Part shown: in pieces, positions 38,183-47,531 of the stretch
How the letters are laid out: each line of letters begins with the position of its first letter
Position numbering within the stretch: the stretch's first letter is position 1
Assembly: GCA_029257245.1 (NCBI GenBank)
Contig: JARICH010000010.1
Span: 1 to 47,531 of the forward strand
Length of the DNA: 47,531 nucleotides
Source: Atopostipes sp.
Lineage (GTDB): Bacteria; Bacillota; Bacilli; Lactobacillales; Carnobacteriaceae_A
Direction of reading: 5' to 3'
Notes under the pieces: model-generated
What the model saw: only the letters and a program-made list of their open reading frames with translations
What the model was told of the DNA's origin: nothing
The model's database searches: none
Translations under genes and position numbers: made by a program

Positions 38183-39246
38183 AATTATTAATGTATGGCG
38201 TCAGTAAAGAAACGGTAACAAAAGAAGAAGCAGTTAAATATCAAATATCAAATGGTCGAAAAGAAAGACAGATGGCTGAAATATTAGAACTTGATGGAAT
38301 TGAAGAAATAGTTATTTTAGACAGTGATTTTCGAAATGAATATTATCTATATGTCGATGAATTAATATTTAGTCATGGGGAATTCTTAAGGTATCTGTCG
38401 GAGGAAACAGGAAAAGATTTAGAAGAAATCATCTTAGAAACTTATAGTAAATTTAACGAAGATGTTTTACGTCACCTTTATGAAATAGCAAGTGGTTATT
38501 TATCAAAACCACAGGGATGTTTTGAAATTCTGATTTCTTTAGAAAGAGCCTTAAATCTTGCGGAACATTTAGAAACAATTGGTGAAATTTTAACGAAATT
38601 ATTTAAAGAAGCAATTGATTTAGCGTATTCATTAAAATTAAACGATTTGGTGCAACCCTTAAATGTCAGCCAATCCTCTAAATATATTTATTTATTGAAA
38701 AATAAATTGGAAAAATTAGAAAATAAAAACTATCTACTCGCAGCTGCAGATCGCGACCTAATAATTTTAACGAAAGTTTTATTAATGGCTAATGCTCAAA
38801 CTATTACAGTGACCCATTCGGATTCACAGAAATTAACAGAGCAGTATAAAGAAATTAGTTCGAAATTAACAGAAGACGAAAAAAATAAATTATACATGGC
38901 AGACTCTAAATCATTGAATTATCGTCTAGCTAAAGCAGATGCAGTTATTTTAAATCTGCAAGAGATGAATATATTGAATGAAGAGACGAGAGAAGATATT
39001 GCGGAAATTCGACAAACGCGTAAAATTCAATATGTGATTGATACTAGTGAAGAGCCATTGGAGGAACTTCATTGTCAATCTTTAGATATTGAACTTGTAG
39101 ATTCAAATATCAGTTACAATCCTAGTGATGAGGAACAACAACAAGCAATGATTGAGTTTGATGAAATTTTATCCGCCCATATTAAAGAATTTATGAAATA
39201 TTTTGAGCAGTTTCAAGAAGAACATTTAACAGAAATCAGTTATTGA
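38179..39246 (+). CDS. Degenerate glutamyl-tRNA reductase (HemA)-fold protein, predicted catalytically inactive
   Basis: Collinear with HemA (ILDSDFRNEYY ~ IVSTCNRTEIY; RHLYEIASG ~ EHLFRVACG; TIGEILTKLFKEA ~ TIGTIFNELFKQA; LAKADAVI ~ LAEADILI) and at the ysxC-hemA position; catalytic Cys and GxGxxG absent. Confidence 0.8.
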   Translation: MKLLMYGVSKETVTKEEAVKYQISNGRKERQMAEILELDGIEEIVILDSDFRNEYYLYVDELIFSHGEFLRYLSEETGKDLEEIILETYSKFNEDVLRHLYEIASGYLSKPQGCFEILISLERALNLAEHLETIGEILTKLFKEAIDLAYSLKLNDLVQPLNVSQSSKYIYLLKNKLEKLENKNYLLAAADRDLIILTKVLLMANAQTITVTHSDSQKLTEQYKEISSKLTEDEKNKLYMADSKSLNYRLAKADAVILNLQEMNILNEETREDIAEIRQTRKIQYVIDTSEEPLEELHCQSLDIELVDSNISYNPSDEEQQQAMIEFDEILSAHIKEFMKYFEQFQEEHLTEISY

Positions 39247-39250
39247 TTAG

Positions 39251-39288
39251 ACTCAAAGGAAGTTTATAAGACTTCTTTTGAGTTTTTT
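39251..39288 (+). terminator. Intrinsic terminator after the HemA-like gene
   Basis: ACTCAAAGGAAGT/ACTTCTTTTGAGT stem plus T run. Confidence 0.85.
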
Positions 39289-39423
39289 TAATGAAAAGAA
39301 TACAATAATCCATAAATATCTAAAAAAATAGCTGAATGATTCGCTTTAAGTGGATGTAAGTGTTTATTTCTTCGGTAAAATACAGTAATATGATAAAGAA
39401 GCATGAATCGGAAGGAAGATAAT

Positions 39424-40716
39424 ATGTTTATAGATCAAGCAAAAATAGAAGTTAAAGCAGGCGATGGAGGCGATGGGATTGTTGCTTTCAGACGTGAAAA
39501 ATATGTACCAGATGGTGGACCAGCAGGAGGCGATGGAGGTCGAGGTGGGAACATTGTCTTTAAAGTGGATGAAGGATTACTAACTCTGATGGATTTTCGT
39601 TATAACCGCCATTTTAAAGCGGATAAAGGTGAAAATGGCATGCCAAAAGGAATGCACGGTCGTGGCGCTGAAGACCTAGTCGTCCCAGTACCTCCGGGAA
39701 CAATTATTATGAATGAAGAAACTGGCGATACTATCGCTGATTTAACAGAAGAAGGCGAAGAATATATTGTAGCCAAAGGGGGTCGTGGCGGACGAGGAAA
39801 TAGTCGTTTTGCTAGTTCGCGTAATCCTGCACCCAATATTTCTGAAAATGGTGAGCCGGGGGAAGAGCTAACTCTTCGTTTAGAGTTAAAGCTATTAGCT
39901 GATGTAGGCTTATTAGGTTTCCCATCGGTTGGGAAATCAACTTTTTTATCGGTTGTTACTTCAGCGAAGCCAAAAATTGCTGATTATCCATTTACAACCA
40001 TTACACCCAATATCGGTGTAGTAGCGCTAGATGATGGACGTAGTTTTGTAATCGGTGATATGCCAGGAATTATTGAAGGAGCAGCTGAAGGTATTGGTTT
40101 AGGTTTACAATTCTTACGTCATATTGAACGAACAAAAGTTTTATTGCATCTTCTAGATATGAGCGGAATAGAAGGACGCGATCCTTTTGAAGATTATTTA
40201 ATTATTCAGGAAGAATTAGAAAATCACGATCCGAAACTTCTTAATAAACCACAGTTAATTATAGCCAACAAAATGGATATGCCTGATTCAGAAGAGAATT
40301 TAGAAGAGTTTAAGAAACAAATGGATACACTCGGTAAAGACTATGAATTATTTGAAATCTCTGCGATTCGTCAACAAGGAGTTAAAGAAGTTCTTTACCG
40401 CAGTATTGAACTAGTGGAAAACTATGAAGAAGTAATGGAAGAAGAAGTCCTAGATGAAGATACGCATGTAGTCTTTAGACATGAAGAGGAAAAAGAACCC
40501 TTCAAATTAACTCGAGACTCACAAGGTGTTTGGATTCTATCGGGTGAAGAGATTGAGCGCATGTTCCTTATGGCAAACTTTGATCATAATGAAGAGATTA
40601 TGCGTTTTGCTAGACAGTTGCGACAAATGGGTGTGGATGAAGCACTTAGAGAAGGTGGAGCGAAAGATGGCGACTTAGTAGCCATCCAAGACTTTACTTT
40701 TGAATTTGTAGAATAA
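39424..40716 (+). CDS. obgE: GTPase Obg (ObgE/CgtA)
   Basis: Gly-rich Obg fold ([16 protein letters not shown]), [26 protein letters not shown]-terminal domain. Confidence 0.98.
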   Translation: MFIDQAKIEVKAGDGGDGIVAFRREKYVPDGGPAGGDGGRGGNIVFKVDEGLLTLMDFRYNRHFKADKGENGMPKGMHGRGAEDLVVPVPPGTIIMNEETGDTIADLTEEGEEYIVAKGGRGGRGNSRFASSRNPAPNISENGEPGEELTLRLELKLLADVGLLGFPSVGKSTFLSVVTSAKPKIADYPFTTITPNIGVVALDDGRSFVIGDMPGIIEGAAEGIGLGLQFLRHIERTKVLLHLLDMSGIEGRDPFEDYLIIQEELENHDPKLLNKPQLIIANKMDMPDSEENLEEFKKQMDTLGKDYELFEISAIRQQGVKEVLYRSIELVENYEEVMEEEVLDEDTHVVFRHEEEKEPFKLTRDSQGVWILSGEEIERMFLMANFDHNEEIMRFARQLRQMGVDEALREGGAKDGDLVAIQDFTFEFVE

Positions 40717-40751
40717 AAAGATTTTGACTGAAAGTAGATAGAGGTAAAAAA

Positions 40752-41696
40752 ATGGAATTACTTTTTTTAGGAACAGGATCTGGTGTCCCTTCAAAACAAA
40801 GAAATGTCAGTAGCTTAGCCTTAAAATTATTGGACGAGATAAATAGTATTTGGCTCTTTGACTGTGGAGAAGCAACCCAGCATCAAATTTTAAAAACCAC
40901 ATTAAAACCACGGAAAATTAATAAGATTTTCATTACGCATATGCATGGCGATCATATTTTTGGCTTGCCTGGATTTTTAAGCAGTCGCTCTTTTCAAGGA
41001 GGGGAAGATCAGCTAACGATTTATGGACCTAAAGGAATTAAAGGCTATGTTTTATCTAGCTTAAAATATTCTGGAAGTTATCTGCAATATCCTTTGAACT
41101 TTGTTGAATTTGAAAAAAATGGACTGTTATTGCAAGAGGGTCCATTCAAAGTTTATGTTGATCGTTTACAGCATGGAGTTCCTTCTTATGGTTTTCGAAT
41201 AGAAGAAGCAGATCATGAAGGAACATTAGATGCAGAAAGACTGAAGGAATTAGATATTCCGCCGGGTCCGATTTATGCACGGATTAAAAATAAAGAAACT
41301 GTCGAATTAGAAGATGGGCGTGTGATTGATGGTGCAGAGTTCGTTGGTCCAAAACAAAAAGGACGAGTTATCACTATTTTAGGTGACACGGTAAAACATC
41401 CAAACAGTCTTACATTGGCAAAAGAAGCAGATGTATTAGTTCACGAAGCTACCTTTGCTCCGGGAGATGAGGCAATGGCACGTCAATATAATCATTCAAC
41501 ATCTACTCAAGCAGCACAAATTGCTAAGGAAGCTGGAGTTGGACAACTACTACTCAATCATTTTAGCTCAAGGTATATGTATAAAGATGTTCAAAAAATA
41601 TTAAGAGAAACACGGAAAATATTTTCAAATACGCAAGCGATGTCTGATTTAGATGAGTTAGAAATCCCATTGAAGAGAGTAGATGATTTGGAGTGA
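40752..41696 (+). CDS. rnz: Ribonuclease Z
   Basis: LGTGSGVPS..RN, FDCGEATQ, THMHGDH, HEATF, HFSSRY. Confidence 0.97.
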   Translation: MELLFLGTGSGVPSKQRNVSSLALKLLDEINSIWLFDCGEATQHQILKTTLKPRKINKIFITHMHGDHIFGLPGFLSSRSFQGGEDQLTIYGPKGIKGYVLSSLKYSGSYLQYPLNFVEFEKNGLLLQEGPFKVYVDRLQHGVPSYGFRIEEADHEGTLDAERLKELDIPPGPIYARIKNKETVELEDGRVIDGAEFVGPKQKGRVITILGDTVKHPNSLTLAKEADVLVHEATFAPGDEAMARQYNHSTSTQAAQIAKEAGVGQLLLNHFSSRYMYKDVQKILRETRKIFSNTQAMSDLDELEIPLKRVDDLE

Positions 41697-42487
41697 AGAC
41701 GGACGACTTGTTAGACAAAACATTTTTAATAACTGGTGCTTCGTCAGGAATTGGCAGTGCAATTGCTTATGAACTGGCAGCTAGAGGAGCTAATTTAATT
41801 ATATCCGCTCGGCGAACAGAAAAATTAAATCGTGTCGCTGAAAAGTCAAAACAATTAGGTGCAGGTAAAGTATATCTTTTCCCACTTGATCTCTCGATTC
41901 TCGATCAAATTGATCGTCTGGAACTATTTATTGAGAACAATGAGTTGACGATTGATGGGCTAATAAATAGTGCGGGGTTCGGTTATAGTGGAAATTTTGT
42001 GCAGATGGATTTTGCTAAAGTTGAAAAAATGTTTCAGGTGAACGTTCTAGGACTCATGTATCTGACTCAGCGAATAGCCATCAAAATGATCGATCAAGGT
42101 TTTGGTGAAATAATCAATCTTGCTTCATTAGCCGGAAAAGTAGCCACTGCGGATTACGCGATTTATGCGGCAACAAAATCTGCGATTATATCTTTTAGCC
42201 ATGCTTTGCGGCTAGAGTTAAAAGACTCAGGCGTTCATCTAACTGTAGTCAACTTTGGTCCAGTCAATACTCCTTTCTTTGATCAAATAGAAGAGCAACG
42301 AAGAGAAAAAAGTCTTAATTCTTATTTTACGCTTGAAGTTGAGAAAGCAGCTAAGATAGTGGTCAATAGCTTGGGAAAAAATAAAAGAGAAGTTAATCGA
42401 CCTTTTATCCTTAGCATGGGAGCAATAGTTTATCAGTTAGCTCCACAGTTCACTGAAAAAATAATTGTAAATTATTTTGATGCATAA
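41693..42487 (+). CDS. Short-chain dehydrogenase/reductase (YqjQ-like)
   Basis: TGASSGIG, NSAG, YAATK. Confidence 0.92.
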   Translation: MKTDDLLDKTFLITGASSGIGSAIAYELAARGANLIISARRTEKLNRVAEKSKQLGAGKVYLFPLDLSILDQIDRLELFIENNELTIDGLINSAGFGYSGNFVQMDFAKVEKMFQVNVLGLMYLTQRIAIKMIDQGFGEIINLASLAGKVATADYAIYAATKSAIISFSHALRLELKDSGVHLTVVNFGPVNTPFFDQIEEQRREKSLNSYFTLEVEKAAKIVVNSLGKNKREVNRPFILSMGAIVYQLAPQFTEKIIVNYFDA

Positions 42488-42508
42488 ATAAAACTGAAAG
42501 GATGTAGG

Positions 42509-42922
42509 ATGATGAAAAAACAATGGACAACTGTTTTCCTAATTTTAATTGCTTTAATTGTTGTGTTATTTGCTGTTTTAAATGTTGATCCAATAGCGAT
42601 TAACTTTGGTTTTACAATTATTGAAATGCCCTTAGCAGTCATTTTAATTGTTACCTTACTAATTGGTGTATTAATGGCTGTTCTTTTATCCACGGGGATT
42701 ATCTTAAACTATAAGAGTGAAGAAAAGAAATTAAGAAAAGAAATCGAAGCAGCTGAAGCTGAAAAAGAACGCGAAAAAGAGAATTTAATTCAATCGCATC
42801 AACAAGAAATCGAAGAATTAATTCAGGAAAAAGAGCATTCTGATCAAGAGATACGACAATTAAACCGTCGAATAAGTAATATGGATGCGAGCGCGAACAC
42901 GAACACACAGATTGAAGAATAA
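42509..42922 (+). CDS. LapA-domain (DUF1049) membrane protein with coiled-coil tail
   Basis: Two TM helices (FAVLNVDPIAINFGF..PL) then charged heptads; SDR-lapA-recJ synteny. Confidence 0.8.
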   Translation: MMKKQWTTVFLILIALIVVLFAVLNVDPIAINFGFTIIEMPLAVILIVTLLIGVLMAVLLSTGIILNYKSEEKKLRKEIEAAEAEKEREKENLIQSHQQEIEELIQEKEHSDQEIRQLNRRISNMDASANTNTQIEE

Positions 42923-42960
42923 GAGGTTAGTTTAGATCATTATAATATAATTTTAAATCT

Positions 42961-42990
42961 AAAAAAGATGGGATTTTCCCATCTTTTTTA
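42961..42990 (+). terminator. Intrinsic terminator before recJ
   Basis: AAAAAAGATGGGA-TT-TTCCCATCTTTTTT. Confidence 0.8.
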
Positions 42991-43015
42991 TCGTAGAACT
43001 GGGAGTGTTGATAAT

Positions 43016-45319
43016 TTGCTAAATAAAGTAACTAAAAAATGGGAACAAAAGCTAACTGTCGATCAAAAAGAAATAGAAAAATTAGCAGAAGAATTAAACC
43101 GAAGTTCACTTTTTATAGAAGTATGTTTTCAAAGAGGGTTAAATACTAGCTCTGAAATAGAAAAATTTTTAACTATTGATGATAGCTGGTTTCATGATCC
43201 GTTCTTAATGAAAGATATGGAAAAAGCAGTCAAACGAATTATTGAAGCAATTGAAAACAATGAGAAAATAACGATTTATGGCGATTATGATGCAGACGGA
43301 ATGACTTCAACGGCATTACTTTATGAGAGTTTAGAAGCAATTGGAGCCGATGCGGATTATTTTTTGCCTAATCGTTTTATCGAAGGCTATGGCCCAAATA
43401 TAGACGCATTTGAGGAAATCATTAAAAATGGAAGTACTCTAATTATTACCGTAGATAATGGAGTAACCGGTCACGAAGCGATTAATTTTGCTCAAGGACA
43501 AGACGTTGATGTGATTGTAACAGATCACCATGCATTACCTGAAGTCTTGCCAGATGCTTATGCGATTGTACATCCCGCTCATCCAGATGGGAATTATCCA
43601 TTCACGGACTTAGCAGGTGTTGGCGTTGTACTCAAATTAGCCAGTGCTTTACTTGGTGAACTGCCTGTTGAATCGTTAGATTTGGCGGCAATTGGAACAG
43701 TTGCTGATTTGGTTTCCTTGCAAGATGAAAATCGAGCGATTGTTTACTATGGTTTAAAAATGATGGAGACAACACAAAGAATTGGCTTACAAGAACTTTT
43801 GCAAGTGATTGCTATCGAACCGGAGATAGTCGATGAGGGCACAATTGGTTTTCAGATTGCTCCGCGCTTAAATGCCATTGGACGCTTAGGAGATGCAGAA
43901 CCTGGAGTGGATTTATTAACGACCCATGATCCTATTGAAGCAAAAGCCTTAGCAGAATTTATAGATCAACAAAATATTGAGAGAAAATCAATTGTTGAAC
44001 AGATGACAGATGAAGCCTTTAAAAAATTAAAAATAGAGAAGGAAAATTCTGAAATAGTTCTGTTAGCTGATGAAAACTGGCATCAAGGAGTTCTAGGGAT
44101 TGTGGCGAGCCGAATTGTCGAAAAAACAAATAAAGTCAGCTTATTGTTTACGATTGATCCTGAGACGAATATTGCGAAGGGATCTGCTCGGAGTATAACA
44201 GGAGTCAACCTTTATGAGGCATTTACTAAAATTGATGATTTATTTATTTCTTATGGTGGCCACGAAATGGCAGCTGGAATGACTGCACATGTTGATCAAC
44301 TAGAAGCGATCGAAAGTGCACTATCCCTTTATCTAGATAGTTTGGAAGCTGAGGAAGTTACTCAGAAAGTAGATGCTTTTGTCGAATTAGCCGATCTTTC
44401 TGTGGAAATAGTTAAAGAGCTAGAAGAACTAAAACCTTTTGGAACTGGAAATTCGAAACCACTAATCGCTAGTAGGAATGTTTCTATTCTTCAAAATCGA
44501 ACGGTTGGTCTTGAAGGAGATCATTTAAAACTAGAAGTAGAGCAAAGAAACCAGTTGCTAGATATCATATCTTTCCGTAATGGCGATTTAAATAATTATT
44601 TATTTGAACAACAGAATGTTTCTATCCTGGGTTATGTTGAATTAAACGAATGGAACGGAAAAACGAAGGTTCAAATGCAAATGATTGATATTGATATCCC
44701 AGGACCTAAATTAATTGATGAGCGAGTGAATAAGCTCGAACAAGATTTATTTAAAGCCGAAGCTAGCCAGTATGTTTTTTATCAAGAGAGCAGTTATCAA
44801 CAGATGAAAGGTTATTTACCTGCTTCATCAGAAGCAATTTTAATTGAGAGCTTGGAAGAGGCAGAGAAATTTACCGGAAACAGTAAAATGATAATTGTTG
44901 ATTGTCCACACGCTATCGACCAATTTAAAGCGACTCTTCAAGGTAACTATGATATTCCGGTTCATTGTTATTTTTATAAAGATGAACACCTCTATCTATC
45001 CGGATTACCAAGTCGTAAAGATTTCGCTAAGGTGTATAAATTTATCGGTCAATATAAAGAAATTGATTTGAAAAAGAATGGTCACCACATGATTAACTAC
45101 TTAGAAATTGGAAGTAAGCAGATCTTTTTGATTGTTCAAGTGTTTTTAGAGGCAAAGTTTGTTATAATAGAAAACGGATTATTAAAGATAAGAAATAATC
45201 CAGAAAAAATGGACTTAGAACAAACTATAAGTTATCAAGATGCGCTGCAACAGTTTCAAGCAGAAGAATTATTTTTATATAGTTCTTTTAAAGAAATTAT
45301 GGAAGCACTGAATAAATAA
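43016..45319 (+). CDS. recJ: Single-stranded-DNA exonuclease RecJ with Firmicute C-terminal extension
   Basis: YGDYDADG, TVDNG, TDHH, GTVAD, APRLNA.GR, GGHEMAAG; TTG 43016 follows GGGAG (ATG 42968 is inside the terminator). Confidence 0.96.
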   Translation: MLNKVTKKWEQKLTVDQKEIEKLAEELNRSSLFIEVCFQRGLNTSSEIEKFLTIDDSWFHDPFLMKDMEKAVKRIIEAIENNEKITIYGDYDADGMTSTALLYESLEAIGADADYFLPNRFIEGYGPNIDAFEEIIKNGSTLIITVDNGVTGHEAINFAQGQDVDVIVTDHHALPEVLPDAYAIVHPAHPDGNYPFTDLAGVGVVLKLASALLGELPVESLDLAAIGTVADLVSLQDENRAIVYYGLKMMETTQRIGLQELLQVIAIEPEIVDEGTIGFQIAPRLNAIGRLGDAEPGVDLLTTHDPIEAKALAEFIDQQNIERKSIVEQMTDEAFKKLKIEKENSEIVLLADENWHQGVLGIVASRIVEKTNKVSLLFTIDPETNIAKGSARSITGVNLYEAFTKIDDLFISYGGHEMAAGMTAHVDQLEAIESALSLYLDSLEAEEVTQKVDAFVELADLSVEIVKELEELKPFGTGNSKPLIASRNVSILQNRTVGLEGDHLKLEVEQRNQLLDIISFRNGDLNNYLFEQQNVSILGYVELNEWNGKTKVQMQMIDIDIPGPKLIDERVNKLEQDLFKAEASQYVFYQESSYQQMKGYLPASSEAILIESLEEAEKFTGNSKMIIVDCPHAIDQFKATLQGNYDIPVHCYFYKDEHLYLSGLPSRKDFAKVYKFIGQYKEIDLKKNGHHMINYLEIGSKQIFLIVQVFLEAKFVIIENGLLKIRNNPEKMDLEQTISYQDALQQFQAEELFLYSSFKEIMEALNK

Positions 45320-45372
45320 AAGTTAGTTACTGTTGGGATGCATTATTATTATTCATATGAGGAGAAATAAAA

Positions 45373-45885
45373 ATGGACTTAAGTAAATATATCGCTTCTG
45401 TACCTGATCACCCAGAAAAAGGTGTTATCTTTAGAGATATTTCACCGTTAATGGCAGATGGGGAAGCGTATCAATATGCGACAGACCAAATTGTGAATTA
45501 TGCAAAAGAAAAAAATGCAGAAGTTATTATTGGACCTGAAGCCCGAGGGTTTATTGTTGGTTGTCCAGTTGCTTATTCATTAGGAGTCGGATTTGCACCA
45601 GCTAGAAAAAAGGGTAAGCTCCCACGTGAAGTTGTTGAAATTGACTATAATTTAGAATACGGAACGGATACTTTGCAAATTCATAAAGATGCGATTGTTC
45701 CGGGACAAAGAGTTCTAGTTGTTGATGATTTGTTAGCGACTGGTGGAACAATTGCTTCAACGATTAAATTGATTGAAGAATTAGGTGGAGTTGTTGTTGG
45801 TACAGCATTTTTAATTGAGCTAAAAGATTTAAATGGTCGAGATAAAATCAAAGATTATGACATTTTTACTTTACTAGAATACTAA
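45373..45885 (+). CDS. apt: Adenine phosphoribosyltransferase
   Basis: [26 protein letters not shown]. Confidence 0.98.
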   Translation: MDLSKYIASVPDHPEKGVIFRDISPLMADGEAYQYATDQIVNYAKEKNAEVIIGPEARGFIVGCPVAYSLGVGFAPARKKGKLPREVVEIDYNLEYGTDTLQIHKDAIVPGQRVLVVDDLLATGGTIASTIKLIEELGGVVVGTAFLIELKDLNGRDKIKDYDIFTLLEY

Positions 45886-45894
45886 GAAAATAAA

Positions 45895-45941
45895 AAAAAG
45901 CCATCCGCTATTCAATTTAATTGAATAGCGGATGGCTTTTT
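45895..45941. terminator. Bidirectional terminator between convergent apt and lexA
   Basis: 23-bp perfect inverted repeat AAAAAGCCATCCGCTATTCAATT-T-AATTGAATAGCGGATGGCTTTTT. Confidence 0.92.
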
Positions 45942-45958
45942 AAAAATTAGACTTTAAC

Positions 45959-46594
45959 TTAATAGACATGTTGACGAAAGAGAGAAATTACTCGTCCTAA
46001 AATTTTGACATCTTTTAATCGGATCGCTTCTAACTCGTCATTTTCTGGTTGTAAACGGATATAATCACTTTCTTTATAGAACCGTTTACAGGTAGCTTCA
46101 TCTTCTTCAGTCATTGCAATCACAATGTCTCCATTATCAGCGGTTGTTTGTCGCTTAACAATGACTAAGTCGCCATCTAAAATCCCAGCATTAATCATAC
46201 TGTTACCACGGATTTTAAGCATGAATAAATCTTCTACATTATCAGTCAAATGATCTGGTAGTGGGAAGAAGTCAGTTGCATCTTCTACAGCTAGAATAGG
46301 TTCTCCTGCAGTAACGATACCAAGTAAAGGAATTTTATCGCTATCTTCATTAATACCTATTTTTTCTAGTCCACTTTCAGTAACTTCAATTGCTCTGGGT
46401 TTTGCAGGGTCTCTTACGATATAACCATAATCTTCTAATCTCGATAAGTGACCATGAACTGTAGAAGTTGAAGCAAGTCCTGTAGCATCACAGATTTCTC
46501 GGACAGTCGGTGGATAGCCACGTTCTGCAACTTCTTTCTGAATAAAAATTAAAATCTCGTGTTGCTTCTCTCCTTTGCGTCCTCGTTTTGCCAT
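45959..46594 (-). CDS. lexA: SOS repressor LexA
   Basis: [23 protein letters not shown] cleavage site, GNSM catalytic Ser, TCKR catalytic Lys. Confidence 0.98.
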   Translation of the reverse strand: MAKRGRKGEKQHEILIFIQKEVAERGYPPTVREICDATGLASTSTVHGHLSRLEDYGYIVRDPAKPRAIEVTESGLEKIGINEDSDKIPLLGIVTAGEPILAVEDATDFFPLPDHLTDNVEDLFMLKIRGNSMINAGILDGDLVIVKRQTTADNGDIVIAMTEEDEATCKRFYKESDYIRLQPENDELEAIRLKDVKILGRVISLFRQHVY

Positions 46595-46669
46595 AAATAC
46601 ACCCCATCATTTAGTTGTTTGAAAGCTTTATCTTATTTGATCTAAGTATATCATAGATTCATACTAAAT

Positions 46670-46683
46670 CAAACGTTTGTTCG
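46670..46683 (-). promoter_or_regulatory. LexA (SOS/Cheo) box over the lexA -35 region
   Basis: - strand CGAACAAACGTTTG matches CGAAC-N4-GTTYG; extended -10 TGATATACT about 18 nt downstream on the - strand. Confidence 0.82.
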
Positions 46684-46795
46684 CTAAGCTCTTTTAATGA
46701 GATTATCAAATACTTTCAGCTTAGGCTGGTTATTTGTAGACTGTTTTGGTAAAATGGTTCATGTAGTTAATTTATAAGGAGTTGAATAAATTTAA

Positions 46796-47023
46796 GTGGA
46801 AGAACTAATCAAGCGAATTAATCACTTAGCCAATAAAAGTAAGAAAACAGAGTTGAGCGCTGAAGAAAAAGCAGAACAACAAAAGTTAAGAGAAGAATAT
46901 TTAGACATGATTCGCGGCCAAGTTAAGAATCAGCTAGCTAGTGTAAAAGTAGTTGATAAAGAAGGTCAAGACGTCACACCTGATAAATTAAAAGATTTAA
47001 AAAATACTATAGATAAAAAATAA
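46796..47023 (+). CDS. DUF896 family protein (YnzC-like)
   Basis: [35 protein letters not shown]; lexA/ynzC/tkt synteny. Confidence 0.9.
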   Translation: MEELIKRINHLANKSKKTELSAEEKAEQQKLREEYLDMIRGQVKNQLASVKVVDKEGQDVTPDKLKDLKNTIDKK

Positions 47024-47048
47024 TAAGAATACCGAAAGGATTGAAAGA

Positions 47049-47531
47049 ATGTTTGACAAAACAGATCAATTAGCAGTAAATGCAATCCGTACCCTAAGTA
47101 TCGACGCAATCGAGGCAGCAAATTCTGGTCACCCAGGATTACCAATGGGAGCTGCACCAATGGCTTATGCTCTATGGGCAAAGCACTATAAAACAAATCC
47201 AAAAAATTCACAGTGGTTTAACAGAGACCGCTTTATACTTTCAGCCGGACATGGTTCAGCAATGCTTTATAGTTTACTTCACTTAACAGGATTCGATGTT
47301 TCACTAGATGATTTAAAAGATTTCCGTCAGCTAGGAAGTAAAACACCTGGACACCCAGAAGTATTAGATACAGATGGAGTAGAAGCAACTACTGGTCCAC
47401 TAGGGCAAGGATTTGCGAATGGTGTTGGAATGGCTATGGCAGAAGCTCACTTAGCAGCAAAGTATAATAAAGAAGGCTATCCAATTATTGATCATTATAC
47501 GTATGTTTTTGCGAGTGATGGAGATTTCCAA
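47049..47531 (+). CDS. tkt: Transketolase, N-terminal part (runs off the window; not in the ORF track)
   Basis: Translates [60 protein letters not shown]. Confidence 0.97.
   Translation, partial: MFDKTDQLAVNAIRTLSIDAIEAANSGHPGLPMGAAPMAYALWAKHYKTNPKNSQWFNRDRFILSAGHGSAMLYSLLHLTGFDVSLDDLKDFRQLGSKTPGHPEVLDTDGVEATTGPLGQGFANGVGMAMAEAHLAAKYNKEGYPIIDHYTYVFASDGDFQ

Overview
Low-GC, core-chromosome segment of a lactic-acid-group Firmicute; gene order and acidic proteins suggest Carnobacteriaceae (inference). Nearly all genes are on the + strand. Order: acpP; oppDFBCA peptide ABC transporter; yitU/yitV/yitW-like trio; dnaE-pfkA-pyk; cvfB; xerD-deoB-punA; lysA-ribT-scpAB-rluB; FMN riboswitch-ribU; ypbB-recQ-LysM-cmk-rpsA-der-hup; tRNA-Arg(UCU); CDP-alcohol phosphatidyltransferase-MarR-YkvS-like-TPR; tig-clpX-ysxC followed by a HemA-fold gene; obg-rnz-SDR-lapA-recJ-apt; lexA with an SOS box; ynzC; 5' part of tkt. 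I see no prophage, IS, CRISPR or defence system. The strongest candidate for something undescribed is an intact glutamyl-tRNA-reductase (HemA) homologue coupled to ysxC that has lost the catalytic Cys and the NADPH-binding glycines and has no hem genes behind it. Other candidates: a Cys-rich uORF and structured leader in front of an almost Cys-free opp operon, a leaderless uORF with three hairpins in the hup leader, a two-layer FMN riboswitch platform, and parallel loss of iron/haem-linked genes. All family calls come from motif recognition and recalled synteny, not database searches.
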